The notes under the pieces are model-generated. The model did not search any database and was not told the DNA's origin. It saw nothing but the letters and a program-made list of their open reading frames with translations. From Bdellovibrionales bacterium (GTDB taxonomy: Bacteria; Bdellovibrionota; Bdellovibrionia; Bdellovibrionales; UBA1609): a DNA stretch of 64,000 nucleotides. The stretch spans positions 736,540 through 800,539 of the forward strand of contig OZ241911.1 in the NCBI GenBank assembly GCA_965203785.1, given 5' to 3'. Both the position numbers and the translations under genes were made by a program. Positions 19,930 to 29,603 of the stretch are shown here, in pieces. How positions within the stretch are numbered: the stretch's first letter is position 1; the number at the start of each line of letters is the position of its first letter.

Positions 19930-22034
19930 GTTTTTTTCTTTTCTTTGCTTTGTTTCGAATATTTTTTAATTAGTTCTTCTTGGACACTGTTCGGCACAGG
20001 TGCATATTGAGAAAATTCCATTGTGAACTCTCCCTTTCCTTGAGTGGCAGAGCGTAATTCTGTGGAGTAACTAAACATTTCTGCTAAGGGGACTTCTGAT
20101 TCAATTGTGACAAATTGGTTTTGTGAGTGAGTATTTTTGATCACCCCTCTCCTTTGATTGATCTGACCAATCACATTCCCTTGAAATTCATCTGGAGCAG
20201 ATACTTCTAACTTCATTATTGGTTCTAAAATAATAGGTTTAGCTTTAGGGAAAAACTCTCGGAAAGCTGTGCTTCCACAAATTTTAAAGGCTAATTCACT
20301 GGAATCGACATCATGATAAGCTCCGTCTGATAAGATGGCTTGGACACCTACAATGGGAAAGCCAATTAAAGGTCCTTTTTGCAGTTGCTCTTGAAATCCT
20401 CTGTCCACAGCTGGAATGTATTCTTTAGGTATACGTCCTCCGGTGATTTTGCTGATAAATTCATAAGGTTTTTCAGCGTTCATTGGGAGAGGGCTGAATT
20501 TTCCAACTACTTTAGCAAATTGACCAGCTCCACCTGTTTGTTTTTTATGAACATAGTCAAAATCTATTGATCGAGTGATGGTTTCTCGATAAGCCACTTG
20601 AGGTTGCCCGGCCTTGACCTCACATTTGAATTCTCTTTTCATTCGTTCAATGTAAATATTTAGGTGCAATTCTCCCATACCTGAAATTACCGTTTGCCCA
20701 GATTCTTCATCTCGATGGACACGAAAGGTGGGATCTTCTCGATTAAACTTTGCTAAAGCCTTACTAAAATTACCAGTGGCTGTCCGATCTTTTGGTTCAA
20801 TTGCCAAGGAGATTACAGCAGATGGAACAAACATAGAAGTCATTGTGTATTGTATTTTTTCAGAGCAAAAAGTGTCTCCCGAAGCACAGTCCACTCCAAA
20901 GAAAGCGACAATGTCTCCTGCCTCTGCAGAAGAAATGTCTTCCATTTCGTTAGCATGCATGTAAACAATACGCGGAATTTTAACTTTCTGATTTGTGCGA
21001 GTGTTAAAAATAAAATCGCCCTTATTGATACGACCTTGATAGAGTCTCATGTAAGTTAGCTGTCCAAAGCGAGTATCTTCTAATTTAAAAGCTAGCCCTA
21101 CAAATGGTTTTTCTGTGTCACAAGATAAAACCACAGGTTTTTCGTTTGCTTGTTGATCCAATGCAATGTTTTCAACTTCTCCCGGATGAGGGAGGTAATC
21201 AGTGACAGCGTTTAGAACGGGCTGAACTCCTTTATTTTTAAAAGCGGAACCCATAAAAACTGGAGTAATATCTAAAGATACAACTGCCTTTCTCACAGCT
21301 TGTTTAATTTGTTCTTCAGTGGGTTCTTCTTCGTTAAGAAATTTTTCTGCTAAAAAATCGTCAAAATCGGATAGTGCTTCGATCATTTTTAGACGATATT
21401 GTGTGGCTTGCTCTGTTAGATTTGAAGGAATTTTTTGATAAGAGACTTTTTCTCCTTCTGATCCTTCAAAGTAAATGGCTTTCATGGTGATTAAGTCCAC
21501 TACTCCCTTGTGTTGACTTTCTAAACCGATAGGAATTTGCATGAGAATGGCATGATGACCTAGTTTTTCTTTTAACATCTTGCTTACGCGAAAAGGATCT
21601 GCACCCGCTCGATCCAACTTATTGATGAAAGCAATGCGAGGAACTTTGTAGCGACGCATCTGCCTATCTACTGTAATAGATTGAGATTGGACTCCGGCAA
21701 CACCACATAAAACTAAAACGGCTCCATCTAATACTCTCAAAGATCGTTCTACTTCAATTGTGAAGTCGACATGTCCTGGGGTGTCAATAATGTTAATGGC
21801 ATGATCTTGCCATTCCACATTAGTGGCCGCCGATTGAATAGTAATGCCTCGTTCTTTTTCCAACTCCATCGAGTCCATTTTGGCACCTACGCCATCTTTA
21901 CCGCGAACATCGTGAATTGCATGGATTCGCCCTGTGTAAAATAGCACTCGCTCGGTTAGGGTGGTTTTTCCAGAATCAATATGTGCAGAAATTCCGATAT
22001 TTCGGACTTTCTGAACACTCCATTTTTTACTCAT
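19926..22034 (-). CDS. fusA: Elongation factor G (mitochondrial/'spd' EF-G1-like subtype)
   Basis: 702 aa with G motifs 'AHIDSGKTT', 'DTPGHVDF' and 'NKLD'. The insertion '[31 protein letters not shown]' resembles mtEF-G1. Confidence 0.95.
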   Translation of the reverse strand: MSKKWSVQKVRNIGISAHIDSGKTTLTERVLFYTGRIHAIHDVRGKDGVGAKMDSMELEKERGITIQSAATNVEWQDHAINIIDTPGHVDFTIEVERSLRVLDGAVLVLCGVAGVQSQSITVDRQMRRYKVPRIAFINKLDRAGADPFRVSKMLKEKLGHHAILMQIPIGLESQHKGVVDLITMKAIYFEGSEGEKVSYQKIPSNLTEQATQYRLKMIEALSDFDDFLAEKFLNEEEPTEEQIKQAVRKAVVSLDITPVFMGSAFKNKGVQPVLNAVTDYLPHPGEVENIALDQQANEKPVVLSCDTEKPFVGLAFKLEDTRFGQLTYMRLYQGRINKGDFIFNTRTNQKVKIPRIVYMHANEMEDISSAEAGDIVAFFGVDCASGDTFCSEKIQYTMTSMFVPSAVISLAIEPKDRTATGNFSKALAKFNREDPTFRVHRDEESGQTVISGMGELHLNIYIERMKREFKCEVKAGQPQVAYRETITRSIDFDYVHKKQTGGAGQFAKVVGKFSPLPMNAEKPYEFISKITGGRIPKEYIPAVDRGFQEQLQKGPLIGFPIVGVQAILSDGAYHDVDSSELAFKICGSTAFREFFPKAKPIILEPIMKLEVSAPDEFQGNVIGQINQRRGVIKNTHSQNQFVTIESEVPLAEMFSYSTELRSATQGKGEFTMEFSQYAPVPNSVQEELIKKYSKQSKEKKKT

Positions 22035-22139
22035 TAAAGTTCCTTTTGTATTTTTTACACTCCTACTTTAGTCGTATCAATCAAGGCTTGGTAGATTTAA
22101 ACTGACCTATTTTGATTCGAAAAGTGGTGATAAAAAGAC

Positions 22140-22164
22140 AATCTATATAAAGATAATCTATATA
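22140..22164. repeat. Two AATCTATATA motifs 15 bp apart upstream of fusA
   Basis: Copies sit at 22140-22149 and 22155-22164. The same octamer is arrayed upstream of tRNA-Ala. Confidence 0.5.
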
Positions 22165-22411
22165 TATGAAAATAACTATTTATAAGTTTAGAATCAAGCT
22201 TGGATAGTAAAAAAAACTATTCTGACTGAAATATTTAATATTTTATTTACAAATACTCAATATATATATTATAGAGTGTTGTATGTTCTGAAAGTACATG
22301 ATTTATGGACTCATAAATCGATTAAAGCTATTTAATTTAAAAGAATTTGTAAAAAAAATAAAATTCATTAAAAAGCTCATTAATTAAAAGAGATTTTTTT
22401 TGGGGAGGAGA

Positions 22412-25400
22412 ATGATGAATTGGCGGGGTTTTTATATTTTTTGGTTTTCTATTTTGGGTTATTTCTATCCTCATTTTTTGTATGCGGAAGGAGGAGGGGA
22501 TAAATGTCAAAAAGTTTTTAGTGATGAGGTTTTTAACGATGAGGTTTTTTCTAAAGAGAATCAAAACATTCATCCTTCGCGGTTATATTACGAAAAAAAA
22601 GCCACACAATTAGCTCAAGGACACAAAAAATTTCATTCTGAATTTACAGATGTTATTAAAGATCATGAATTACAAAACTCGTGGAGAGAAGAGCCAGATA
22701 CTCCAACTCTTCTTAAAGTGTTTCTTCCGCCTCATACACATTTTATAGGTCATCAGTTGTTTCTTCCGGGGTCTATGACTGCTGTAAAGATGAGTCAACC
22801 TGGGCATGCGTTGATGATTAGAGCTTATTATCAATATAAGGCTCAACGTTTGGGAACAAATGTGGCTTTTAATATTAAAGCTTTAGAAAGTAACATGAAC
22901 AATTCAGATGGTAACAAGTGGTTAGTGCGAAATGATGCTCAAGCTGCTATTTTATTTTTGCACGGAGGAGGGAGTAAATCTGCCGGAGCACATGTGGCTG
23001 AACACATGATTAGTCACTTTAGCAGTTATAATATTGATGTGGTGGCTCCTGATCTTCCTTGGCATGCGGAAGGTCACCGTGAGTTTTTGGGTTCTTTTGT
23101 AGATGAAATCAAAGCTTTAGGTGTTTTTGCTAAAAAATATATTCCTTCTCATATTCCCTTGTTTGTTTGGGGTCATAGTTTGGGATCTTTATTTGCGGAA
23201 CAAATTATGAGGATGTCTGATCAATCCGAAAAATTATTTTTTTTTCATAACAATTTAAAAGGGGTGATGATTTTTTCCACAGCTGTAGATGCAGCTCCTG
23301 GAAAGCCAGTTATAGATAAAGTTAATGCCTATACCGATCGACATAGGAAAGCATTTCTTAAAACCGATCAATTTGCTGAAAGTGAAGCCAATTTGTGGTC
23401 CAGCATTGTAGAAGATGGAAAAACCAGTCTGCTTGGTTCTTTTTTTGGTATGTGGACTATTGTTCAAAATGATCAGACTCTACCTGATCACAAAGGAGAT
23501 AAATACATTCCTGCCTTAATGGCAGTTGGTCAGTTTGATCCTATAGTTTATATTGGATTTGAAGATTTATTTCACAATTTTTATGATAAACTCACTAATG
23601 TTGAAACACATTATCTGACAAAACTTCCTTATTTCACAAACCCCAATGGTCCTCCTCAAAGAGTAGGGCATTTGCTCGGAGATTATTTAGATAAATCTAC
23701 CAGAGATCCTGTGCATTATGTTTTAGCACAGAATTTTATTAAAAAGCACTTGCATTTGCACACACTAAAAAAAGTGAAAGAAAGTCGCCCCACATCTCCA
23801 CTGATCGTTCTCACTCAGTTATTTGCTAATGATTTGGCTTTTCGAGAGTTTTTGGACGATTTTCATTTTTTTAAAGAGAAGAAGACGGGAAATTTTGTTC
23901 AATTGTATCAAAAGACTATGCAAGAGACAATGGATCAAATTCGAAAAATCCTCTACCCTTATAGAAATTGGTCTTCTCGAGTATATTATTTATTAAACGA
24001 ACTTTCTTCAGCTCATTCTAAAAGTAAGGTTATACAATATAAAAAAGAGTTAGATAATCTCATCAATTACTACGATACTACTCTCTCTAAAGATCATCAT
24101 TTTAAGCTTATCCAGTTTTTAAATAAGTTAAGAGATGAAATGGAGTTTTTCTTATCTAATCAATATTTTGCAGGAGTAAACTTTCTATCAACAGAAATAA
24201 AAAATGAATTTAATAGATATTTTGCAAGTCAAAGTAAAAATATATATTCTTCTTTTATTCAACAAATTTTAGTGGCTGAAGATTATGATTCAGGTCTATC
24301 TATTCTTTATAAAGAGAATTTACCATCTTATGTATTAAAGCAAGCACTTCCTTTTATTGAAAAATACTTTACTGTTAAGCAAATTATGGATGGACACTAT
24401 ATTCCTACCAGAAAGCAATTAAGAAAAAGGGCATGGATTCAATCAAAAAGTTTCGAAAAACAAACTCAAAAAAATAAAATTCATCTCATTTTAGAAGATA
24501 TATCTAAAAATGTAAATGGTAGGATATTTTTTCAGACAAGGATTAGCGATTTATTGAGGCAAAAAGAACGACTCTCTAAAGAATACAATCAATTATTTAT
24601 TAAATCTCAAAAACAAATCAAATTAATTAAAGTAGCTTTGGTAGATGCTCTTTCAAATCCTCCTTTTCAGTTAAGAGATTCTTACAATCAAAGTTATAAA
24701 AAATTTCAAGCTTTGGAACAAACTTCTAATAATTTAACACAAATGATGGAAGAGTTAACTATTCCTGTCCTTATCAATAAGGAGGGTCTTTCTATCAAGA
24801 GTGCCGATCAATTGATTCGGACTTATCAATCAGATGTGGATCAGTTGAATCAACAATATAGAGATTATATTGATAATAGGCGACAGATTAGAGAACAGTT
24901 AATATCTGTTATTAGTCGTAATGGTTGGAAAGATTATAAATATCAACAAGCGGTATGGGATATTTATGGCAAACCAAATGAGGAAGTAACCGATAAATCA
25001 TCGACTCATAATTTGTTTTTTAAATTAACAGACACATTAAACCAGTTAGCTGAAACGGAGGCAAAACTGTATCATTTAAAGGAGCAATATACAGAACAGT
25101 TAAAAAATTATCAAATTTATATGGACGATTTAGGGCGATTGGTTGGTTCGGCAGAAGGTGATATAGATTGGATTTTTCAAGCTACCAATACTCATCAATT
25201 TGATCGGGTTGTTGTTAAAGATGTTTTAAATCCAAAATTTCTCTCTAAGAAAAATATTTTTGATCAGAATAGAAATGTGTATGCTCCTTTTGGTTGGGAG
25301 AATAACTATTTTAATCAAGATCGAGATTCAATACAAGAATACATTAGTAAAAAAAATGAATCCATTAAACAGATTCTTACAATATGGCATCAAATGCATT

Positions 25401-25459
25401 CTAAATCTTTACCCTTGGTTCCGGTGGTTGTGCCGACAGAAATAAAACATAGAGATTAA
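22412..25459 (+). CDS. Secreted alpha/beta-hydrolase (lipase/esterase-like) fused to a long coiled-coil region
   Basis: ORF 22400..25459 has a GGAGG just upstream of ATG 22412/22415 and the signal-like N-terminus 'WRGFYIFWFSILGYFYPHFLYA'. 'LFLHGGG' and the nucleophile elbow 'WGHSLGS' mark the hydrolase. The C-terminal ~650 aa are K/E/Q-rich and helical. Confidence 0.6.
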   Translation: MMNWRGFYIFWFSILGYFYPHFLYAEGGGDKCQKVFSDEVFNDEVFSKENQNIHPSRLYYEKKATQLAQGHKKFHSEFTDVIKDHELQNSWREEPDTPTLLKVFLPPHTHFIGHQLFLPGSMTAVKMSQPGHALMIRAYYQYKAQRLGTNVAFNIKALESNMNNSDGNKWLVRNDAQAAILFLHGGGSKSAGAHVAEHMISHFSSYNIDVVAPDLPWHAEGHREFLGSFVDEIKALGVFAKKYIPSHIPLFVWGHSLGSLFAEQIMRMSDQSEKLFFFHNNLKGVMIFSTAVDAAPGKPVIDKVNAYTDRHRKAFLKTDQFAESEANLWSSIVEDGKTSLLGSFFGMWTIVQNDQTLPDHKGDKYIPALMAVGQFDPIVYIGFEDLFHNFYDKLTNVETHYLTKLPYFTNPNGPPQRVGHLLGDYLDKSTRDPVHYVLAQNFIKKHLHLHTLKKVKESRPTSPLIVLTQLFANDLAFREFLDDFHFFKEKKTGNFVQLYQKTMQETMDQIRKILYPYRNWSSRVYYLLNELSSAHSKSKVIQYKKELDNLINYYDTTLSKDHHFKLIQFLNKLRDEMEFFLSNQYFAGVNFLSTEIKNEFNRYFASQSKNIYSSFIQQILVAEDYDSGLSILYKENLPSYVLKQALPFIEKYFTVKQIMDGHYIPTRKQLRKRAWIQSKSFEKQTQKNKIHLILEDISKNVNGRIFFQTRISDLLRQKERLSKEYNQLFIKSQKQIKLIKVALVDALSNPPFQLRDSYNQSYKKFQALEQTSNNLTQMMEELTIPVLINKEGLSIKSADQLIRTYQSDVDQLNQQYRDYIDNRRQIREQLISVISRNGWKDYKYQQAVWDIYGKPNEEVTDKSSTHNLFFKLTDTLNQLAETEAKLYHLKEQYTEQLKNYQIYMDDLGRLVGSAEGDIDWIFQATNTHQFDRVVVKDVLNPKFLSKKNIFDQNRNVYAPFGWENNYFNQDRDSIQEYISKKNESIKQILTIWHQMHSKSLPLVPVVVPTEIKHRD

Positions 25460-25475
25460 AAATGAAAGTTATAGT

Positions 25476-25871
25476 ATGAAAGAAAAGCTAACAAAAAAAG
25501 CTGTGATAACAAAGTGTGCACCAGCTCCTGTGGGAGCTTATTCTCAAGCTGTTCAAATGGGGCAATGGTTATTTTTATCTGGTCAAATTCCTTTAAGTGT
25601 TGAAACTCAAAAGATGGTTGTTGGAGATATGGGTGTTCAAACTGAGCAAGTGATGAAGAACATACAAGAAGTGCTTCAATCTGTTGGAGCGAGTTTTTCG
25701 AATGTTGTGAAAGTCACTATTTTTTTAAAAGATATGAAGCATTTTCCACAAGTTAATGATGTATACAGCCAATACTTTAAAAGCCCTTTCCCTGCTAGGT
25801 CTTGTGTAGCTGTGCGAGACCTACCCAAAGGTGCTGAATTAGAAATAGAAGCCATCGCCTACTTGGATTAA
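25476..25871 (+). CDS. ridA: RidA/YjgF family reactive-intermediate deaminase
   Basis: 131 aa with 'APAPVGAYSQAV' and 'ARSCVAVRDLPKGAELEIEAIA'. Confidence 0.9.
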   Translation: MKEKLTKKAVITKCAPAPVGAYSQAVQMGQWLFLSGQIPLSVETQKMVVGDMGVQTEQVMKNIQEVLQSVGASFSNVVKVTIFLKDMKHFPQVNDVYSQYFKSPFPARSCVAVRDLPKGAELEIEAIAYLD

Positions 25872-25893
25872 ATTATAATCATTTAAATTGGAT

Positions 25894-26610
25894 TCAGTCG
25901 CCTCTATTATAGAGGGCATCATTACTATTATGAATAGCTTTGTCAATAGTTGCTTTACTACAAATGAAAGTACTTGTAGCCCCTATTGCTGCTACTATAA
26001 AACCATTGATAAACAAAGAATTAAAGCTCATTCTTTTGCCAAATAGTGCTAATAATGGAATACCCATAAGAGAACCAGTAAGACTTCCAGTTATTATTGT
26101 TGAATCTTTAAGATTAAGAAGATTTGGGTCTAAAACTACATCATCACGATATACCCTTAAGGCTGTGTCTGCATCTATAAAGCCTATAAGACATCCCAAA
26201 CTTGCTGAAGCAATATTTGCCATTGCAATCGCTGGAAGTACCACTTTTGTGACTTTAAAAGAATTGTTTTCATTATTTAGATATTCAAGAGCCATATTAT
26301 TTATTGCTGGCATGTCTTCATTACTGCATTTTGCGACAGATTTTTTATATTGTGTCAATAGATTATTTTGATCTTCTTGATCTTGTGAGCCTGGTTGACT
26401 TTCAAAATCTGCCATGCAGACTGTTCCATCTTCTTTTAAATAAAGTGCATGGGATAGTGGTAAAATCTGATCTTGCATGTTTTGATTTTTCATATTTTGA
26501 TCTTTCATATATTGATAAGACATTCCACTTGCAAAACTAAAATTTTGAAATAGCATTACAAAACTCACAGCTATTAATATTGGATACTTTATTTTTAAAA
26601 ATTTTTTCAT
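25894..26610 (-). CDS. Secreted/membrane hypothetical protein, family 'A' (paralog of 43813..44487)
   Basis: 238 aa. It shares the N-terminus 'MKK.L...FQNFSFA..SY.YMKDQNM...LPLSHALYLKEDGTVC' with the paralog. The C-terminus is Gly-rich and hydrophobic ('GSLTGSLMGIPLLALFG'). Confidence 0.55.
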   Translation of the reverse strand: MKKFLKIKYPILIAVSFVMLFQNFSFASGMSYQYMKDQNMKNQNMQDQILPLSHALYLKEDGTVCMADFESQPGSQDQEDQNNLLTQYKKSVAKCSNEDMPAINNMALEYLNNENNSFKVTKVVLPAIAMANIASASLGCLIGFIDADTALRVYRDDVVLDPNLLNLKDSTIITGSLTGSLMGIPLLALFGKRMSFNSLFINGFIVAAIGATSTFICSKATIDKAIHNSNDALYNRGD

Positions 26611-26774
26611 AATTTAAGTTTCATTTTATTATTTATTTTACTTTATTATGTTTTTTTTAAATAGACTACATATTTAACACACACTATAAGTGCTTAGAAA
26701 GAATATTATACAATTTAGGCACAATTTAATGGATTATCGTGTAATATTTACATTCATCTAAAAAACATAAAAAT

Positions 26775-27326
26775 TTAAAACTTGCAAGGATGATTTTCAT
26801 CAATAAATAAACAAGATTTTATAAAATCACCAGCACCATTGTTAGCATAATTTAAATTTCCATTATCATCATAATCAGTTTGTGTTACGGATACTATTTT
26901 ATCAAATCGATACTGTACCAGTAAAACTTCATTATCCGATATATCTTTAACCAATGTGTCCGAATCTCTCTCTAATAATACCAAAACTCCAATACCACCA
27001 TCGATAAAACTCACTTTCACTGTTTGGTCAGAATTAACAGTAATAGAGCAAGGTTTATTTGTAAATTCCATACCTTCAATTTGAGGTTTTTTTCCCTTCC
27101 ATGGAACGAGTTCACACCCATGGTAAGTTTTTATTTTTAACTCAGGAGCAGACCAAGGTGCTGTGCGAATAGTTTGCATAATGTAGTTTTTGTTAAGCAC
27201 TTCAGAACGCCCTTGTACAGCCATTTGTGGATTTCGCATATCCATTACAGAACTGCAATTAATAAAAGCTACAAACAAGGCTCCTATAATAATACTTGTT
27301 ATAACAATCGTTATTTTTTTAGTCAT
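26775..27326 (-). CDS. Hypothetical exported protein
   Basis: 183 aa with N-terminal signal/anchor 'ITIVITSIIIGALFVAFINCSS'. No recognisable family. Confidence 0.45.
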   Translation of the reverse strand: MTKKITIVITSIIIGALFVAFINCSSVMDMRNPQMAVQGRSEVLNKNYIMQTIRTAPWSAPELKIKTYHGCELVPWKGKKPQIEGMEFTNKPCSITVNSDQTVKVSFIDGGIGVLVLLERDSDTLVKDISDNEVLLVQYRFDKIVSVTQTDYDDNGNLNYANNGAGDFIKSCLFIDENHPCKF

Positions 27327-27361
27327 TAAGATCTCCTTTCATGAAGACAAAAATTCTAACC

Positions 27362-28108
27362 TTAATCAATAGTAGAAAAATCTTTTGGTTTAAAATTAGC
27401 TTTGTTCGTAATACAAGCACTGTCACCTGTAGCCTTTATCACAAATAAACCTTTTTTTGTTGCATATAAATCAGCATTTTGATAAAGCTTTAAATAGGCT
27501 ATAGCTCCATAAATTTTTCGATCTTTATATTCTGGAAAAAACACAGTAAATTGCTTTAATGTTTCTAAAAAACGATCAACTGCATGAGCCCCTAAAGTAG
27601 ATTTTACCTCTGTAGCTACTAACTCGTGACCATTTCTGGCAATAATGTCAACCTCGCAACGCTTGCCTTTAATAGAATATGTTGCTTGATAATTAGGAAA
27701 TATACCTGTAACCTCGATACCTCTTTCTTGCAAAATCCTTAACAAACAACCTGATACTAGACTTTCTACTAACTCACCCCACTTGTTGCTAAATAAGTGC
27801 CTTAATTTTTTATCCTCTTTTGCCAATTCTTTTATCATACGATCAGTCTCTTGCATTCGACGATCGGTTTCTTTTTGGATTGCTCGTATTTCGAGTATGT
27901 CTTGATCATGTTTTTTTCGTGCTAAAGCGTTTTCCTGCTCATGTTTTTTTCGTGCTAAAGCGTTTTCCTGCTCATATTTTTTATGTGCAAGAGCAGTTTC
28001 TTGCTGATACTTTTTATGTGCAAGAGCAGTTTCTTTTAAAATAGAATAAATTTCATCAAAAGAAGGGGTTGTTTGTGGCATATTCTTAATACTCCTTATA
28101 AATAACAA
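27362..28108 (-). CDS. PD-(D/E)XK nuclease-fold protein with N-terminal coiled coil (DUF3782-like), family 'B'
   Basis: 248 aa with the nuclease-like core 'CEVDIIARNGHELVATEVKS'. It is a paralog of 44777..45418, sharing the C-terminus 'KKGLFVIKATG...ITNKANFKPKDFST'. Confidence 0.6.
   Translation of the reverse strand: MLFIRSIKNMPQTTPSFDEIYSILKETALAHKKYQQETALAHKKYEQENALARKKHEQENALARKKHDQDILEIRAIQKETDRRMQETDRMIKELAKEDKKLRHLFSNKWGELVESLVSGCLLRILQERGIEVTGIFPNYQATYSIKGKRCEVDIIARNGHELVATEVKSTLGAHAVDRFLETLKQFTVFFPEYKDRKIYGAIAYLKLYQNADLYATKKGLFVIKATGDSACITNKANFKPKDFSTID
27907..28038. repeat. 4 x 33-bp in-frame tandem repeat inside the family-B gene
   Basis: Units at 27907, 27940, 27973 and 28006 fall into two subtypes (2+2). 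They encode 'ETALAHKKYQQ/ETALAHKKYEQ/ENALARKKHEQ/ENALARKKHDQ'. Confidence 0.9.
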
Positions 28109-28280
28109 TTACTTTATAATACTTAATTTATAACTCTATATAATGTATTTTGCAAGTCAAAATCAAGCAAATGGGTCTTTCAAAACCTTTATTTATTGGC
28201 TTTATCTAGCCACTTTAATTGTTAACATATACAATTGAATGGGCCATTATAATAATTACATTTTTTCTTTATTAAAATTT

Positions 28281-29420
28281 TTACAAAAAATTAGACATTT
28301 TTTTTAAAAAAGATTGGACAGGTAAAATTTGGATATTGTTTAAAGTATAACTTTTGTTTCCTGTATAGAGTAAAAAAGCTTTTGTTTGAGGATAGTCATT
28401 CATAAAAGTTAAAAGACTTTTTTGATCTTCTGTTCTAATCCGATTAGATGATTTAACTTCAAAAGCTTTTAAACCTCTTTCTCCATACAGTATAAAATCT
28501 ACTTCTTTTTTATGATCTTGTGTATGCCAGTAAAAAAAGTCATAATTCCAATTTTTATAACTATTTTGTGCTTTCATTTCTTGAAAGATTAAAGTTTCTA
28601 AAGCTACTCCAGCTCTTGCCTGAAAGGAATCCAACGGTCCAGCAGGTCTCAAAGTTTGAAATACACCTACATCAAAAAAATAAAACTTCATACTTTGGAT
28701 CAGTTTTCTTTTACTTTTTTTTGTCCAGGGCTTTAATTCATAAGAAAGCAAAGTATCTCTTAGAATAGCAAAATAATCCGACACCACTTTACGATGAACT
28801 GAACATTCTCTGGCAACATTATTGATATTGAGCAAAGAGCCTTGAGAAAAGCTGGCAGATTCTAAAAAGCGAGCAAAGGCAGGAAGATTTCTGGTTAAAC
28901 TTTCCTGTTGTACTTCTTCTTTTAAATAAGTATGAACATAACTGCTTAGAAATTTTTTTGGATTCGAAGCTTGGCAAGCCATAGGCAAGTGACCATATTT
29001 TAAAGATTTAGTTAAAGAAAAATCTTTACCTAATTCTTCTACTGTGAGAGGGTAGAAATACTCTGTTAAAGCTCGACCAGCGAGTAAATTAACTTGTTTT
29101 GATTTGAGCTTTCGTGCACTGGAACCAGTTAGAACAAATTTTATTTTTCTTTTTTCAATTAGACGGTGTACTTCATTTAAAAGTGATGGGATTTTTTGAA
29201 TTTCATCAATCACTACCCATTGTTTAAAAGAGTGAGGGATATAATTCGATAGACGGCTGGGATCAGCTATAAACTGGGTGTAAATTTGAGAATCTAATAG
29301 ATCAAAAAACAAAGCTTTTTTTTGATATTTATGTTCTACAAAACAAGATTTTCCCACACCTCTGGGACCTAATAAAAAATAGCTTTGTGTAGAAGATGGC
29401 TTTAGTGTGCGAGGATACAT
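28281..29420 (-). CDS. AAA ATPase with C-terminal DUF4143 (PD-(D/E)XK-like) domain
   Basis: 379 aa with Walker A 'GPRGVGKS', Walker B 'WVVIDEIQ' and C-terminal 'EVDFILYGERGLKAFEVKSS'. Confidence 0.75.
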   Translation of the reverse strand: MYPRTLKPSSTQSYFLLGPRGVGKSCFVEHKYQKKALFFDLLDSQIYTQFIADPSRLSNYIPHSFKQWVVIDEIQKIPSLLNEVHRLIEKRKIKFVLTGSSARKLKSKQVNLLAGRALTEYFYPLTVEELGKDFSLTKSLKYGHLPMACQASNPKKFLSSYVHTYLKEEVQQESLTRNLPAFARFLESASFSQGSLLNINNVARECSVHRKVVSDYFAILRDTLLSYELKPWTKKSKRKLIQSMKFYFFDVGVFQTLRPAGPLDSFQARAGVALETLIFQEMKAQNSYKNWNYDFFYWHTQDHKKEVDFILYGERGLKAFEVKSSNRIRTEDQKSLLTFMNDYPQTKAFLLYTGNKSYTLNNIQILPVQSFLKKMSNFL

Positions 29421-29480
29421 GTAGGTTATTTTAAAAGATTTATTAGCAAAAATAAAGAAATTTTAACCTCATATCTCCAA

Positions 29481-29510
29481 AAATCAACAAAAATAGGAGT
29501 TTTTAACTCC
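29481..29510 (-). terminator. Candidate weak intrinsic terminator downstream of the Res pseudogene
   Basis: Hairpin GGAGTT-TTT-AACTCC at 29496-29510 is followed on the minus strand by TATTTTTGTTGATTT. The stem is short. Confidence 0.3.
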
Positions 29511-29603
29511 ATTTTTACTCTTAGACAGTAAAAAAACTAATAATAGTAAAAAACCAATTAAGTATCTCAACTTATTAAAAAATCTGATTATTTACTGGAT
29601 TTT

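Noticed and set aside
27907-28038. Tandem repeats here, and at 39810-39869, 48489-48533 and 59275-59472, were considered as possible CRISPR arrays.
   Set aside because: The units are directly adjacent with no spacers. They are in-frame multiples of 3 inside long ORFs and encode peptide repeats. No cas genes are present.
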